64,000 nt of DNA, taken from assembly GCF_001194135.2 (NCBI RefSeq), contig NC_068984.1, forward strand, positions 32,865,819-32,929,818, read 5' to 3'. Origin of the DNA: Octopus bimaculoides (lineage: Eukaryota). The notes below the pieces were generated by a model that was not told the DNA's origin, did not search any database, and saw nothing but the letters and a program-made list of their open reading frames with translations. The translations under genes and the position numbers were made by a program. Below, piece after piece: positions 12,387 to 25,937 of this stretch (position 1 is the stretch's first letter; each line of letters begins with the position of its first letter).

Positions 12387-14340
12387 GCTAACAGATAAAC
12401 AGACATACACATTTTAATACTGATAAACAAGCACGTAGACAGACTGTATTGCTGTTCGATAGACACACATATCTACATGTCTCTCACTCACTCTGGCTTA
12501 TTCCCAATCTATTTGTCTTCCTTCTACCACAGCGTATATCCAATAAACACACAACAAAGCCATTCCTTTAGACGTTACACTCCAAGTAGTTTTAGTAAAT
12601 CAAGCAGCGATACAAATCACTAATTCTACTTTCAGAATACGACAAACACAGTTTCCCTATGAGTATAAATTGTGATTGGAAACAATTCGATTAGGCTACT
12701 TTCTCGTCTTACAAAGTTTGTCCCAGAGGTGTGTCGTCTCGAGAATATATTCTATGATCAAGAATTCTAAGTTAATAGCTAAAAATAGAAGGAAATGAAG
12801 AAAAAAAAAAAAGAAAACATACAGCCAAATAATTTGGTATGATAAAAAAAGAAAGATAGGGGTGGAGTAAACGGAATCAAACGGAGTGAAATGAAACTAA
12901 AAGATAAGAATAATATATGATTAAATAGCAAAACGTATATCTAGAGGCAAAGAATACATAGATAAAAGCGCGTTAAAGGAAGTATTTTTAGGAAATTCAA
13001 CTACGGTGAAGAAAATATGTGAGAGTCAATGGGTCAGTGAGTGTATATATGGTTGGGTGTATATGCACATATATGTATTTGTGACTCTGTGAATCATGTT
13101 TCCCGCTTGTATACGAACATTTGGACAGTGGTATATATATATATATACATATNNNNNNNNNNNNNNNNNNNNNNNNNNNNNNNNNNNNNNNNNNNNNNNN
13201 NNNNNNNNNNNNNNNNNNNNNNNNNNNNNNNNNNNNNNNNNNNNNNNNNNNNNNNNTATATATATATCTTTATGAATGATCTAACAATCTTTGCGATCAC
13301 GGCGCGAAATTGTGGTGGTTTCTGGTTGATAACTGATAACGGATGAACATGAACTGATAAGGGATGAACATACACGTCTTGTGTGTTCCCTTCCGTCCTT
13401 CTGAGTAATTGTTTTTTTACTGTAACTAATTTTGTGACACCATGCATCCTCCATTTTTCTTCCCACGCAATGGTACTCTTACAACGGATAATATTTGGTT
13501 CGACGTCTATCACCCCTTCTCTTTCCTCTATCCTTTCTGGATGTCTCTTCTCTGATCACCTTACCTCACTATGTTTATTTTTGTGTATCCCTTTCATTTT
13601 ACCATTCTTGATCCTTCTCCCTTTTTGTTCTGCTCACCCCTTCTTTATTCCGTTTCTTTTCTACAATCCCTTCTATCTCTATTTGAGTTTCATTTCATTT
13701 GTCCCCTTCCTCCCTTTACTTAGCTGCTATTTCTTCCTCCGCTCACTTCAGTTAACTATTTACCGCCTTTCTTTTCTCCTCTCTCTCCTCACTCCTTCAT
13801 TCATTTTTCTTTAAATCCTCTTGCTTCGTCCTTCTCTATACTTTCTCCTAGTACAACACTTCCCTCTCCTTCTATCCTTCTTTCTAACACTCACTATCCG
13901 GCTTGCTTTCTTCTTTCTGTTTTGCATACCACGTGACCATCTTATTTATCTTTCCATCCATCCATCCGTTTTCTGCTTGACCCCGACTAGTTCAGACGTG
14001 GTCTTTTGGGCTCAAGCCGTAACATTTACTTTCAACTCCGAATTCATCTTATTTTTCCAGTTATCGTTCTTTCTATCTTTTCCGTTCTATCTTCCTATTT
14101 TCCCACCTTTCTATATCTCTCTCTCTCACTCACTCTCTCTCCCCCTCTCTCTCTTTCTCTTTTCCTTTTGAAGTCTGGTAGAATATCTTTTGCATTCAGC
14201 GTTTGTTCTGTACATGTCTAAAGTTTGTCTTATAGTTGAAAAACCTTTAAATGCAAGTATACATTTATGTATGTAATAACTATTTTAGGCGTTTACCATT
14301 TTGTCTGGTGCTTATTCTGTCGTCATTTAAAAATAAATGA

Positions 14341-16165
14341 GTACAGCATGAATAGACTACAGAAACAAATTTGATAGTGTCCCATATAAATGGATACTCA
14401 GGAACTTTGAGATATATAAAATCTCCCCTGTCATCTCCAAATACTTATAAAATAGCATGGCCAAATGGAACAAACGCTTCCTTCTAAACCATAGTAATGA
14501 AATGAATAAATCCAACAGCATCAACATCAAATGAAGCATGGATCCCAAATGAATTGAGTTGCATTGGATATGAGTACACAATTCTGAACAAGATAAACCA
14601 TCTTTTTCACAAGTACGATCTGAAGCTATTTTCAAAGAATGAAAAGAATCACAAAAAAAGTAGAGGGACAGCTAACAACTGATGACATCACGATGGATTT
14701 TGGCCTCCATGAGTGTGATGAGACAACATTTGTAAGAGGCAAGTTCAGACAAACAGCGTCCATTAAATTAGATACTGACACTGCTATCTCGGAGCATGAC
14801 CCGCAAAAAAACTTACAAATACTCGGGAATAAACGAAGATGGCATAAGTCATGCCACTACGAAGGAAAATATCAGAAAGAAGTACTGTAGAAGAATAAGG
14901 CTTGTACTGAAAACTAAACTTAATTCTAAGAATCGCATTGCGGCCTTTAACACCCCGGAAATTCCGGTCATGCACATGCACATAAAGGCAAGAAAATTAC
15001 TGGCATCTTAAACTTAGTTTGACACTGAGCATCTGTACCAACCTAGAAGTAGTGGAGGAAGAGGAATGATGCATTTAGAACTCTGCTCTACAACTTTGAC
15101 TCTGCTATACAAATTTGACTATATGGATGAACGGGAACTTATCTCATACAGAGGACCGGGTGCGGCGGCTTGTGTGCGAACATGAAAGCAGTAAAATGTC
15201 GCATTCTTTTTTCAAGGGAGCTTGTAAATTGGCAAGGGAACTTGACATAGACCTTCAGTGAGATGAGGAACTTGAAACCAGTGCTACTAAGCAAGCAAAA
15301 CGCATCAAGCAGACTCTGAAAAAAAAAACCGATCAGAAACAAACTGAGCGGTAGAACCACAAGTCTCTACATGGAATCTATATTCCTTCAAATCAAAATG
15401 CTGATCAAACAACTTTTATCAGTGTCTAAGGAGTTCAAAATTACAAGTAGAGACAGAAAGCTTCATACTGGCGGCACAAGATCAAAGTGTGTTGACCAGA
15501 AATGGTACTGACTCAAAATATAAGTTCTGGAACACATTTGATGAACCAGTAGAACAGTGGTTCTCAATCCTTTTAATATCTGCGCCAAATCCAAATCTTA
15601 GATCTTTTAGCGAGATGCACGAAAAAAGTAAAACACAAACCGATTAAAGAAAAAGCCTACTATATTTATAGTGAAATGACCATTGGGACCACCGGAAGGA
15701 TGCTTGAGGACCGTATGCGGCCCTGGTATATGTGGTGGAGAACTGTTGCAATAGACGATCATGCTTCTGGTTAATCTGTTCTCACAGCAGACGAATATAA
15801 AAATTGAGACGATAGGGTAGGACAATATTTACTTTGGAGAATATGTAAGTACTATCAAATCCACACTCCTCTTATTTGGCACGGGCACTATTTTGAACCT
15901 GTGGTTGAAGGTAAAATTGTTACAATCCTTTGGGATTTTTCAGTCAACACTAACAGAACAATCCTGATTAATCGACCAGACATATTTACTAAAGGCGGGG
16001 GAAAAATACTTTTAGACTGATGGGTGCAAGAGCCCCTACTGATAAAAACGTATCTGAAAATACTGGCTAAGTTCGTCACGGTGATCAATATATTTATTCG
16101 AGGCAAGTATAGACCATCCTGAGATGAAGTAGTCAATTGTTTCTTTGGCTGTACTAAAAGAGCGG
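14341..16165 (+). mobile_element. R4/Dong-clade non-LTR retrotransposon, decayed ORF (RT, CCHC knuckle, REL endonuclease)
   Basis: IDYRNKFDSVPYKWI; EIYKISPVI; KINHLFHKYDLKLF (decayed YMDD); MDFGLHEC; YCRRIRLVLKTKLNSKNRI; ETESFILAAQDQSVLTRN; DRVGQYLLWRICK; EPVVEGKIVTILWDFSVNTNRTILINRPDI. Many stops and frameshifts. Confidence 0.92.
15555..15748. mobile_element. hAT (Charlie-like) MITE inserted in the Dong element
   Basis: Left TIR CAGTGGTTCTC, right end GAGAACTGTTG (expected GAGAACCACTG); 8-bp flanks CAGTAGAA / CAATAGAC fit a diverged TSD; the Dong frame resumes across it. Confidence 0.8.
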
Positions 16166-16629
16166 CAGGCAGGTTCAGTCCCGTTTTTATTTATGTATCT
16201 GTTATTGTTATTATTATCATATTATTATCGTAACTTCTGAGTTATCTATGTCACGTCTCAGCTTCATCCCGCAGATTAGTCACATGGCACTTTTCTCAGC
16301 ACATGTGCAGTTCCAATTGCTACTGTCAACTGAATACTTTCTGTGAAGTTTGAGATTTGCAGCTTTCCATGCCAGAATGTAGCTGTCATTGAGATGGTTC
16401 CATGTGAACCAATCATTATAAAGCCTCCATTTTGAGGTTATATGGAGTCGTTTCACTGCCACCGCTTGTTCTTGGTAATAACATACTTTCTCGTCCTCTG
16501 TCTTAGAATATTCTGATCTGCAGGTAAAGCTACATCGAAGGTCCCTCCACTTGAGAATGATACATTATGTTGCAGCATGTCTGGTTTAAATTGACATATC
16601 CCATGCGAGTTTAACTCAATCATTCTCTG

Positions 16630-16830
16630 CTACTGGCAAAGATTAGAGCATATACCACTTGTTGGAACATTCTGCTCCAAATCTCCAGCACAACTTCCAG
16701 TCTATTCGCACTGCTACTTCATCACAGTGTTTTTTGTTGTCCTTTACGACCAGTTTTGAGCATCCAATAATTATGATTAACTGTCAAACAGTCTCAGATC
16801 ATATTTCAGATAATCTACCCAACAGAAGTT
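16630..16830 (-). mobile_element. Second R4/Dong fragment (zinc-knuckle region), inverted orientation
   Basis: IIGCSKLVVKDNKKHCDEVAVRIDWKLCWRFGAECSNKWY resembles HIISGCSKLAQKEYKRRHD..IHWELC..KWY. Confidence 0.7.
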
Positions 16831-17755
16831 GTAAACAGAACGTAGAGACGGAAGTTATATCAACAATATTTTTTATATAAATAGATGTGAATGAATTGTC
16901 GATTAAATAGACCTGTTGTAAAAGGTGAAACACAAAGTTGTAAAGTAGAAACAAAAACTTAGCGTGGGTTAAATAGAACGTCCAGTATCCTGGAAGTGAG
17001 TGAACGATTCACTTCAGTAAGACTTGTGGCTATTTAGTGGTTCTGTCATTAAGATAGTTATAGCAAAATTGTGCTACATTAATTTCCACAAGCAGGACTG
17101 AAGTGTGGTACGGGTGTATAATAAACATTATTCTGATGATGTCTAGAAGCTAGTTTATAAGTAAATCTTACCAAAATGAAATACGATATAAAATATTTAA
17201 TCCAAACTTCATTTATCTTCAGGAGAGGAACCTACTTAAGAATATTCGTATCATGGTTTTACTTACTATTAATATTCTCCCAACACATTTTTCTATATTT
17301 TCCCTGTAATCGAAAAATGAAAATTAAAAAAAAAAAGCGAATACAACTAAAAGGCACTGTTTGTCCTCGAAAGCTCTTGTTGCTGAAACTGATAAGTACT
17401 GATGTGTTATTAAACTCATTATGTGCATCTATGTATGTGAGTAAATAGATAGAGGTTATTTACTTCTATTTGACCTTAGCTATTCTCTAGTGTATATACA
17501 CAGTTTTCGTACATATTCACTAGGAATATATATTCAAAAAATATTTTTGTCATTAATATTACCCAGAATTTTTACGCAGCTCAAAACCTGAACAAATAGA
17601 AGAAGCGTTTAGCTCTGAACATATAAAAGGCTAAAAAGCAATCTTCTATTCATAGTGCTAAGTCACACTTTTACCACATAAGTGTTTCATGAAAACCTAA
17701 AATTATTGTAGCTCTGAAGCCTCTCTAAATAACCATACCTGATAAATCATCTGAT

Positions 17756-17786
<31 letters not shown>

Positions 17787-17887
17787 CGTAGGTATTGTAA
17801 GTTTAGAGGGAATACTTGATAAGTGTAAGCACCTGTATATGCCAGATAGTGGAAGAGGTGTGAGAATATGTTTGATTTATTTATGTT

Positions 17888-17926
<39 letters not shown>

Positions 17927-18179
17927 TAAGCAGCCAGCGTCTGCATCTTTATTCCTTCGATCGACCAGCTAAAATAAACAGTCAAAACCTCACTTTTCTT
18001 TTTAGAGTAATTAAGTCATTCGCTTAGGGTTGGATGCAAGTTATATACTTGTGTGGAATGGCTGTGAACATAAACTTGGTTAAGTATGTAACCTTAGATT
18101 AAACAACAGTCGCAATGGCAGCCAAAAAGGCGTATTCCAGTTGCTTCCAGATATTTTCAAGAGAGACATTTATTAATTT

Positions 18180-18870
18180 CAAAGAGGAGCACAAAACTCT
18201 AATCTTCTTCAATGTACGATCTCTGGTTTCAACGCACTTAATTTAGTGCTTCAGCCAATTCGCGAAGGCTCCATGGAAGTCCTCCAAAATGAAGGTGTTC
18301 TAGATCCCTGTTACAACGTTTTTCGTCTTCTCCTTCAGTTTGAGGAACAACCAAATGTAAGAGAGTGAAATGTATGGATTATAGTGTGCGTAACGGACAT
18401 ACTTCGTGCTTGTCTCTGATAAGTATTTGTTTCATGAATAATTCTGCATAGAGTTGCCACGGCAACTCCAACTTAATCCGTGTTGTCTTTATAGATAAAC
18501 GAAAGATTTCATCCAGAAAATTGCGAATTTTCTCAACTAGCTCTGATATTTTCAACCAACCCTAATATTCTGAAATCCCTTTCACTCCTACACAGCATTG
18601 TCTCTCACTTGCTTTCTACCGTCAATGATTCCCTTGCACCAGCCGAAAACAGTTGCTCAGCTCATACAAGTTAATCCATTAGTGCTCTGGAGCATTACCT
18701 ATGATGTGTAGCGTTTTGGTCCAGTTTAACAGAAAACTTTATTGAATGGCGAACCTCCAAATTGTCTTCACCGACTGCATTGTACAAACGTCAGGTGTGA
18801 GAAGCAGTGTTTAGTAGCGTGTGCTTAAAATGCTGTTACAGTCGTTTTCGTCAATATGGAATATCAAAAG
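18180..18870 (-). mobile_element. Internally deleted mariner-like transposon remnant
   Basis: N-terminal EVRHSIKFSVKLDQNAT and C-terminal EDFHGAFANWLKH*IKCVE match mariner transposase termini; frameshifted. Confidence 0.8.
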
Positions 18871-19230
18871 TTGGCAATGATTTACTAAAATTACAATAAT
18901 CTAGAACACTTATGACTGCTTCTCCCCAAAATGTCTCAAAATCTCTAGTATACACCTCGTATATCATGGTAACCGAAATCTTAACCTACTAGCACGGAAA
19001 TATGAAATCTGTGTCATGTATTTAAAAAAGTTGAAGCTATTGTATAATCTTGAAACACATTACTCAAGCCAGCTGTTTAAAGACTATAAAAATATAATTT
19101 GAATGGAGAGCAGAAAGTTACAAATGGCTGAAAGAATACAGTACGAATAAATTTCCACTCAATATATATACGTTTAATGACATTGAAATAGTGAACCAGT
19201 AATTTTATATCCAGCTGGTATCTTATCATT

Positions 19231-19409
19231 AATTGATTTGTAACATTGTTAATAGTCCGTAATAACTGCGGGAGAGTGACATCGATATAATCGACTCTTT
19301 TACCAGACTGGTGTCTTATTTAATAGAGTCCTGAAGAATAAAACGTAAATTTGATCTCAGCGAAATTTTAAAGCTGATGCAATAAGCCCATTATACTATA
19401 AACTACCAG
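19231..19409. repeat. 179-bp local direct duplication, copy 1 (contains a decayed minus-strand family D SINE)
   Basis: Matches 20488-20666 with 10 mismatches counted by eye. Confidence 0.95.
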
Positions 19410-20190
19410 GCATTTTGTGCATTACTTAAATGTCGTGCAACACTTGAATTTCTATTCAATGCTGAAGTAACGTTAGAATAAGGTTTATAGTTACAAAAAA
19501 AATATCAACAGGTGCTTCAATAGTTAGTTATATGTGAACTTTAAATGAAAACCTAAGCGTTAACAAGAAATGTTTCCTATCATAGGACTAAAAACTTCTT
19601 AAAATTTCTTGAATTAAAGATTTTAAGATTTATCTCTGTATAGAGCTAAGGTATCACCTTTTCATTAGATATAGGAAATCATTTTTTCTTGCGTAACTTA
19701 TTACAACCAACACTGATGCAGACATACACACTTACACACATAGATACTTTCTATTTCGCTCTCTGCCTCTCTCTTTCTGTGAAATACATGAGAAATTTCG
19801 ATGTTTACTCTTTTTTCGAAGCGGTTTCTTTCATACTATTACATCCTGATGCTATTTGATTGTCTAAAGAGTGAAGGCAAATGAATAATATCAGAAATAT
19901 TAAAGCATCAGAAGTTTGGGAATAGAACTTGATATACTCTCGTCCTAAAGTTATACGTAATCAGATTTTCACTTATTTAAATCCTACATTAATTAGCGAA
20001 ATGTATATAAATTCATTCAGATGCTTAGTACTAACAATAAGTCATTCTTCCATTTTAACAAAGTGCTTAACCTAAATCTGAAGGCGAAGTTTTCTTTCCT
20101 TCTAGAAATACTACTAAAACAATTTAGGTATGATATCTAAACTGATGTGACTCACTTGGGTAAACAAAGTGTGCAAAACTTTTCATTAAA

Positions 20191-20443
20191 GACGGAAACT
20201 GAAAGAAGCACATCGTATATGTGTGAAGTGTGTCTTTGTGTCAGTGTTTATCACCCACCATCGCTTGACAACCGATGTAGTGTGATTACGTCCCCGTAAC
20301 TTTGCGGTTCGGCATAAGAGACCGATAGAATAAGTACTAGGTTTACAAAGACTAAATCCTGGCATCAATTTCTTCGAATAAAAGATGATGCTCCTGCATG
20401 GCTGCAATCTAACGACTGAAACAAATAAAAGAATAGAAGAATA
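20191..20443 (+). mobile_element. 5'-truncated bipartite SINE (end of family A module plus module B)
   Basis: GACGGAAACTGAAAGAAGC then CCATCGCTTGACAACC..TTACGTCCCCGTAACT..GAGACCGATAGAATAAGTACT..GACTGAAACAA, as at 57969-58170. Confidence 0.85.
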
Positions 20444-20487
20444 GTATTTCGTAATTAACGAAAGTAACGTAAATCCTAATACATTTT

Positions 20488-20666
20488 AATTGATTTCTAA
20501 CATTGCTAATAGTCCGTAATAACTGCAGGAGAGTGACGTCGATATAATCGACTCTTTTACCAGACTGTTGTCTTATTTAATAGAGTCCTGAAGAATAAAA
20601 CGTAAATTTGATCTCAGCGAAATGTTTAAGCCGAGGCAATAAGCCCGTTATACTATAAACTACCAG
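20488..20666. repeat. 179-bp local direct duplication, copy 2
   Basis: See 19231-19409; offset 1257 bp. Confidence 0.95.
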
Positions 20667-21031
20667 AGTAGTGTATAGTATAGATAGACTATCGTGCTTA
20701 AAATGCAGAACGATTATAAAACAGCGAAATGTATCCCAGATAAATGTGCAATTCCGTTCTAAATGTGCAATCAATAATGTGGGTCTTACCTAAGATTTGA
20801 AAAGTGTTAGTATTTGTAGAAAGTTCGAAGTAGAAAGTTTGTAGAAAGTTTGTAGAAAGTTCCAATAAAGAATCAGCACGAGATATTTTCGAATGAACTA
20901 TCCTGCAGTTATTGCATAATTGTCATGTAGGTCACTAGTTAGCATGTCGATGGCAGTCGTGTGTGCGTTTGATTGTGTTTAGGTGAATATATTAGAAAGA
21001 ACACAAACATCCACATACAAACATACATACT

Positions 21032-21067
<36 letters not shown>

Positions 21068-24000
21068 CATACAAAATTAGTAAAAACAGCAGGTTGAAAT
21101 GTTTCACCAAAAAGGAAAATTATAATTATCACTAAGTGTGACTAGGGTGTTGAAAAGCACTTCCTTTGCTATCTGTGTGTATGTGTTCGGGTTTTCATAC
21201 AGATCTGAACACACGCACATATACATCACTGATTGACATGTATGGAGTCACCCGTATACAAACTCCATCCTCTATCTATCAGATGAAATACCTTCTCTTT
21301 CCATATTTTTAGAAGTTAGTCCAGTGATTTTTGTTTCCATGTTGACGGGTCACATTTACAGGTATTCATGCACTTTCAACTCACTCAAATGTCGGTCACT
21401 CGACACACATTTTCTCTTCAACATCTACAATAGCTGCAACGCACATCATTCCCTTACAAAAGCGTTGAAATATGAAATTCATTTCATGTGCATGTTATCT
21501 CATCTGTTAACGCAGCTGTTAACAATATTAATTTCATCAGTTTCGGCGGGCTTACAAAATTGATGGGCATAGCTCCCTACTTCAGACCAAACTAGTAATG
21601 TATGTGGATATATCTCTACGCACATGCAAACTAATATTTTTCAAAATGTTGGATAACTGCTGTCACGTTGTGCTTACAGATATAGCGAAAATTACATTAA
21701 AATTGGGCTATGAAGAGCAGATGCTTAGTAACAAAGCTGTCACTCGTTAATATGCTAATTTATATGAATGGTATGTGTTTATGTCAATACAATTGAGTTC
21801 TATATTTAATATTTTATACAACATGAGCTCTTTACACTCTTCCTTAATGAGCAGTGATAGTGAGGACGTGTATCGTTCATAGCTGATATTCGGTGAAGAA
21901 TAGCGGCAAAAATTGCCTATCATGATTTCTGTAAATAACTTTATGAAGGTTCTGACTCCACAAAGTACGCTGCTGACTTGTTAACACCAAAGAGATATTG
22001 AGAATTGAAATACTAAAAGCAGCCTACAAGACTGCACCATCCTGATAAATATTATTGATTTTAGCCGTTTAAAGTTACTTTAAGCTGACTTGCTACCAAT
22101 TATCATGGCAACTAGGAATACTTGAAATGTAAACTGATGGGAACAAAAATAAATAATATCAATGAAAACACAGTTCGAAAGTTTGCTTAGTAATGGCTGA
22201 ACTCCATTAGGAAAAAAAATATACTCGTTAGATATTGAATGGTTTAGTTTATTGAATAGTTTACTAATTACGCTAGGGTTGAGAGCAGTGCCTAATCTTA
22301 AGAAAGTAAGAACTGTTCCTTATGAACGGGAGCCGCATAATAAACGTTAGGCTGTTAGCTAACCTAATTTAATACGCTCTTTCAATCTTTATTTTTAAAC
22401 AAAGAATATACTTCTAAAAATACATTTTTTTTCTTTTCCTAAAAAAAAAACAACAAAAAGCAAAAACAAGGAACCAATTCGTCTACATAATCTAAGCAAT
22501 GTGTATTCAATATTTAGTTCTGCGCATATCACTTCGTTTACACCACTAATGACGAGGAGAGATGAGTGACTACCACAAAATGTCCAATTTTGTAGAAACC
22601 TGTGGCTTAGTGACTGTTATGAAATAAATATACTTTTTAATACATCCCGAGGTGTTTTTCCTTTTCTTTATATATGCCTCGATCTCTTCCATTCCTCCAG
22701 AGATTACTTTTACTTTAAATCAGATTCTATTTTATCTAAAATATTTATAACAACATCCTGTGGCTAGATTTAACAACTTCCCTTTTCTTATCTCTAAAAT
22801 AATTCTTGTATATTTTCAAGATCGTATGACTTAGTTTTAATCTTCTTATATATTATTTCGTGCTAGAATACTGACATACTATATCTTTCCATATAATCAG
22901 TGATATTTCTGCTCTAAATTTTTAGATCTCGCTGATTTTAATTTATTGTTGAAGTAGGATAGATATAACCTTTTCTTTTAAAACAGTGAACAACTTTACA
23001 GCATTGGTTTATCATTTAATCATTTGACAATTCACATAGTAAATAAAGACAATGCATAGTTTTCAACTTCTCTTTTATCATTAGCCCTTTATTTAACACC
23101 TAAACTTTTGTTGCATCTTTCAAATCTAATTTTGCCCATTATTATAAAAATTGGACTCAAAATGTTATGAGATATCATAATTAACATTCGTTTATTTACA
23201 GAAATATTCTAAGTCTCGCAAAAGCGAGAGAAATTCGTAAACAATAATGAAATGTTGAGTTCATCAGATTTTAAAAGCTGCATGAAAACTCTGAAGTATA
23301 TAGATGAAGTTTCGAGAGAATAGTTTGAGAATTATCCATCTCTGTAGGGAATTATGGACAGTGTAAAGTCAAGTTACGTTTAATTGTGGGTATATAAATG
23401 TGTAAACTTGAGTACACACACGTGTATATATATTTATCTATTTCTTATATTAAACAATGTATATAACATACCAAATATTGAGTTCATTCGAAACGAAGCA
23501 CCATCGATGTCACAAAAAGGACAGCTGATCTAATGCCAAGCCGACATGACCTACAACAAATTTATATCTTTATATCAATGCTTGCATGTATGTATACATA
23601 CACACGTGTGTGTGTGTGTCGTGTGTGTGTGCGTGTGTGCGTGCGCGCACCTTGTGGATGTGTTGAAATCAGATGAATAAAAGCCTAATTTAAAAGACAG
23701 TGGAACATTTCAAAAGAGTGTATATTATGTATTCATTTATTCATCTCTGAAATTTGACAATCAACACTCCTGGCGTAAATGCCTTGAAATATACGTATAC
23801 ACATACAATATTAATCATTCTGTCATCCATCTCTTTCAATAATGCGCTATATAATTTATAAAATGCTTTTGTATGTAAAGATTTCTTCCTTACAATAATT
23901 CCTCAATTAAACATTGACTTAATAATCTACCATAAATTGTCAATAGAGTTCCACTCTGTTGAATCTCTAGGCCAAGCCAGTGTTTCGATTTTGGTCTTAG

Positions 24001-24479
24001 AAAAATGCTTTGACTTACTTGGCAGAAGAATCGGAAGAATAATTATGTTGGTATAGTGCCAATTTGGGAAACAAAGTGTATAAACGATTACTTATTTTGT
24101 AAAACTGTATCTGTATCGCATAAAAGGCGTGGTTCAAAATTATGACTGGTGAAATTGTCTCTGTAGATTTCGTTTGATTTTATAAGACAATTCTAATTGC
24201 CACCAGAGAAGGGCGCAGTATTGATTTATTATAGAGTACAACACAGAGAAAGAAGGCGAATTAACTGGTGGGAAGGAGGAAAGTATCACTCGAATGGGTG
24301 GAGTTTGCGGAACAGAGCGATAGCCGTTAAATGCAACTGAGGTGCCAGGTGACGGCCCTAAACTGTGCATCAGATTATGTCTAGATACCAAGTGTGTCAA
24401 GATAGCATTCAAAACTTGAAGAGCACGAACAAATAACTCCAGATTTGCAGTCTGATGCACTTAATGTTCTAGTACACCA

Positions 24480-24570
24480 CTACTCAAGTTTAGTACTTTT
24501 TTTAATCTTCCCGAAAGGATGAAATGCAAAGCTGACCTCAGCGGAATTTGTGCTGAGACAGCAAACATGC
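24480..24570 (-). mobile_element. Family D SINE core fragment
   Basis: CCCGAAAGGATGAAATGCAAAGCTGACCTCAGCGGAATTTG is the reverse complement of the family D core. Confidence 0.75.
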
Positions 24571-24979
24571 AGAACAAATATACACTCTTAACAACTGTTA
24601 TAAGTGTAATAGTATATTATACTTTTGAGAGACTATGATCATACGTTCAAGAGCCATATCTATAGAATCACGTTTTCTAAAAAAAAACCAATCGAATTTC
24701 TAATTGTAAATATTAACAGCCTTTAAACGTCATTCATCATTTATATGCCAATTTGAAAAGATCGGATTTGGTGAAATTTTGCAGACACTTCTGTTGATTT
24801 TATTGAAAATTTCCAAACAACGGATAGACGGATTTAGCTTATTTCCCATATAGCAGATTTTCTAAGCTAAAAAGTAGACATGCAATGAAGAAAAAAGAAA
24901 CATTCAATTGTTTATCATCACTTAAACGTCAGTAATAATAGCTGTTAGTTTATTTCGTTGCATTTTGTACATATGCTTT

Positions 24980-25192
24980 ATCTTTTACTTGTTTCAGTCA
25001 TTTCAATGTGGCTATGGTGGGGCACTACCTTGAAGGGATTTAGTCGAACAAATTGATCCCAGAACTTACGCTTTTTAAAGCCTAGTATTCATTTTATCGG
25101 TCTTCTTTTTTTGTCAAACAGCTAGATTATAGGGTCGTAAACACACCAACACTGGTTTTCAAGCGGTAGTGAGGACAAACACGGACAAAAAG
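24980..25192 (-). mobile_element. SINE module B copy
   Basis: Reverse complement of the module at 57969-58170 (CTTGTTTCAGTCATT...GGGTCGTAAACACACCAAC...CAAGCG). Confidence 0.8.
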
Positions 25193-25773
25193 ACATTCAA
25201 ACGTTGATATTTACACACACACATGCATAGATATTTACTCACACACACACATATCGTTGCTATTATATTAAACTGTCATATGTCCAAATTTGGTTAAATG
25301 TATTTTTTTTCAGTATTTATTTTTGCTTGCAATAGCCAGTTCATTTGGTCAAACTATCGTATCTCCAGCTGATTCAGATGCCAAGTTATCAAAAATTGTC
25401 CAAGTGTAGTACAATGGTTTTGCTGGAGAAAAGTAAAACTATTTTTTCGATTTCTGAAAAATGCAACATTTTGGACTTAAAAAACTTTTGCATTATAGCA
25501 ACGATATATATATATATAAATCCCAGAAAGTTAGGGGTTGTGAATTCAACCCACTAAAGGATAATATCTATCCGATATACACCGGGAAGAATACCCAATT
25601 ATTATTACGCTAATGTTGTTTGTTTTCATTGCATTACTAAGTACAATAAACGGGTGCGGGTAAAAAGATATTTTATCAGTAATTTATATAGCAATAAGAA
25701 AATAGAGAGGAATAGGTAATATTCATCACATTGCAGACACTGTATTGGGTCAATTTACTTGTTTATTTGTTTA

Positions 25774-25937
25774 CTAAAAGGACATTAAAAACAATATACA
25801 AACACCTGTGACATATTATGTCATATCAGTAATTAAAAAATAACATATAGTGACCTGTCACTATATATCATTTTTTAATTACTGATATGACATAATATGT
25901 CACATGTGTTTGTATATTGTTATTATTGTCCTTTTAG
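25774..25937. repeat. 164-bp near-perfect palindrome (81-bp arms, 2-nt loop)
   Basis: 25774-25854 is the reverse complement of 25857-25937 with 5 mismatches; a 10-N gap starts at 25945. Confidence 0.97.

Noticed and set aside
13383-14171. 143-aa and 116-aa hydrophobic ORFs
   Set aside because: A C/T-rich low-complexity strand lacks stop codons by composition; no recognisable domain.
20815-20862. Short tandem GTAGAAAGTTT x3-4 (also a 12-bp unit at 183-213 and a 21-bp unit near 13331-13370)
   Set aside because: Ordinary minisatellite slippage; not telomeric or otherwise informative.
24140-24460. 106-aa minus-strand ORF
   Set aside because: No recognisable homology or exon signals.
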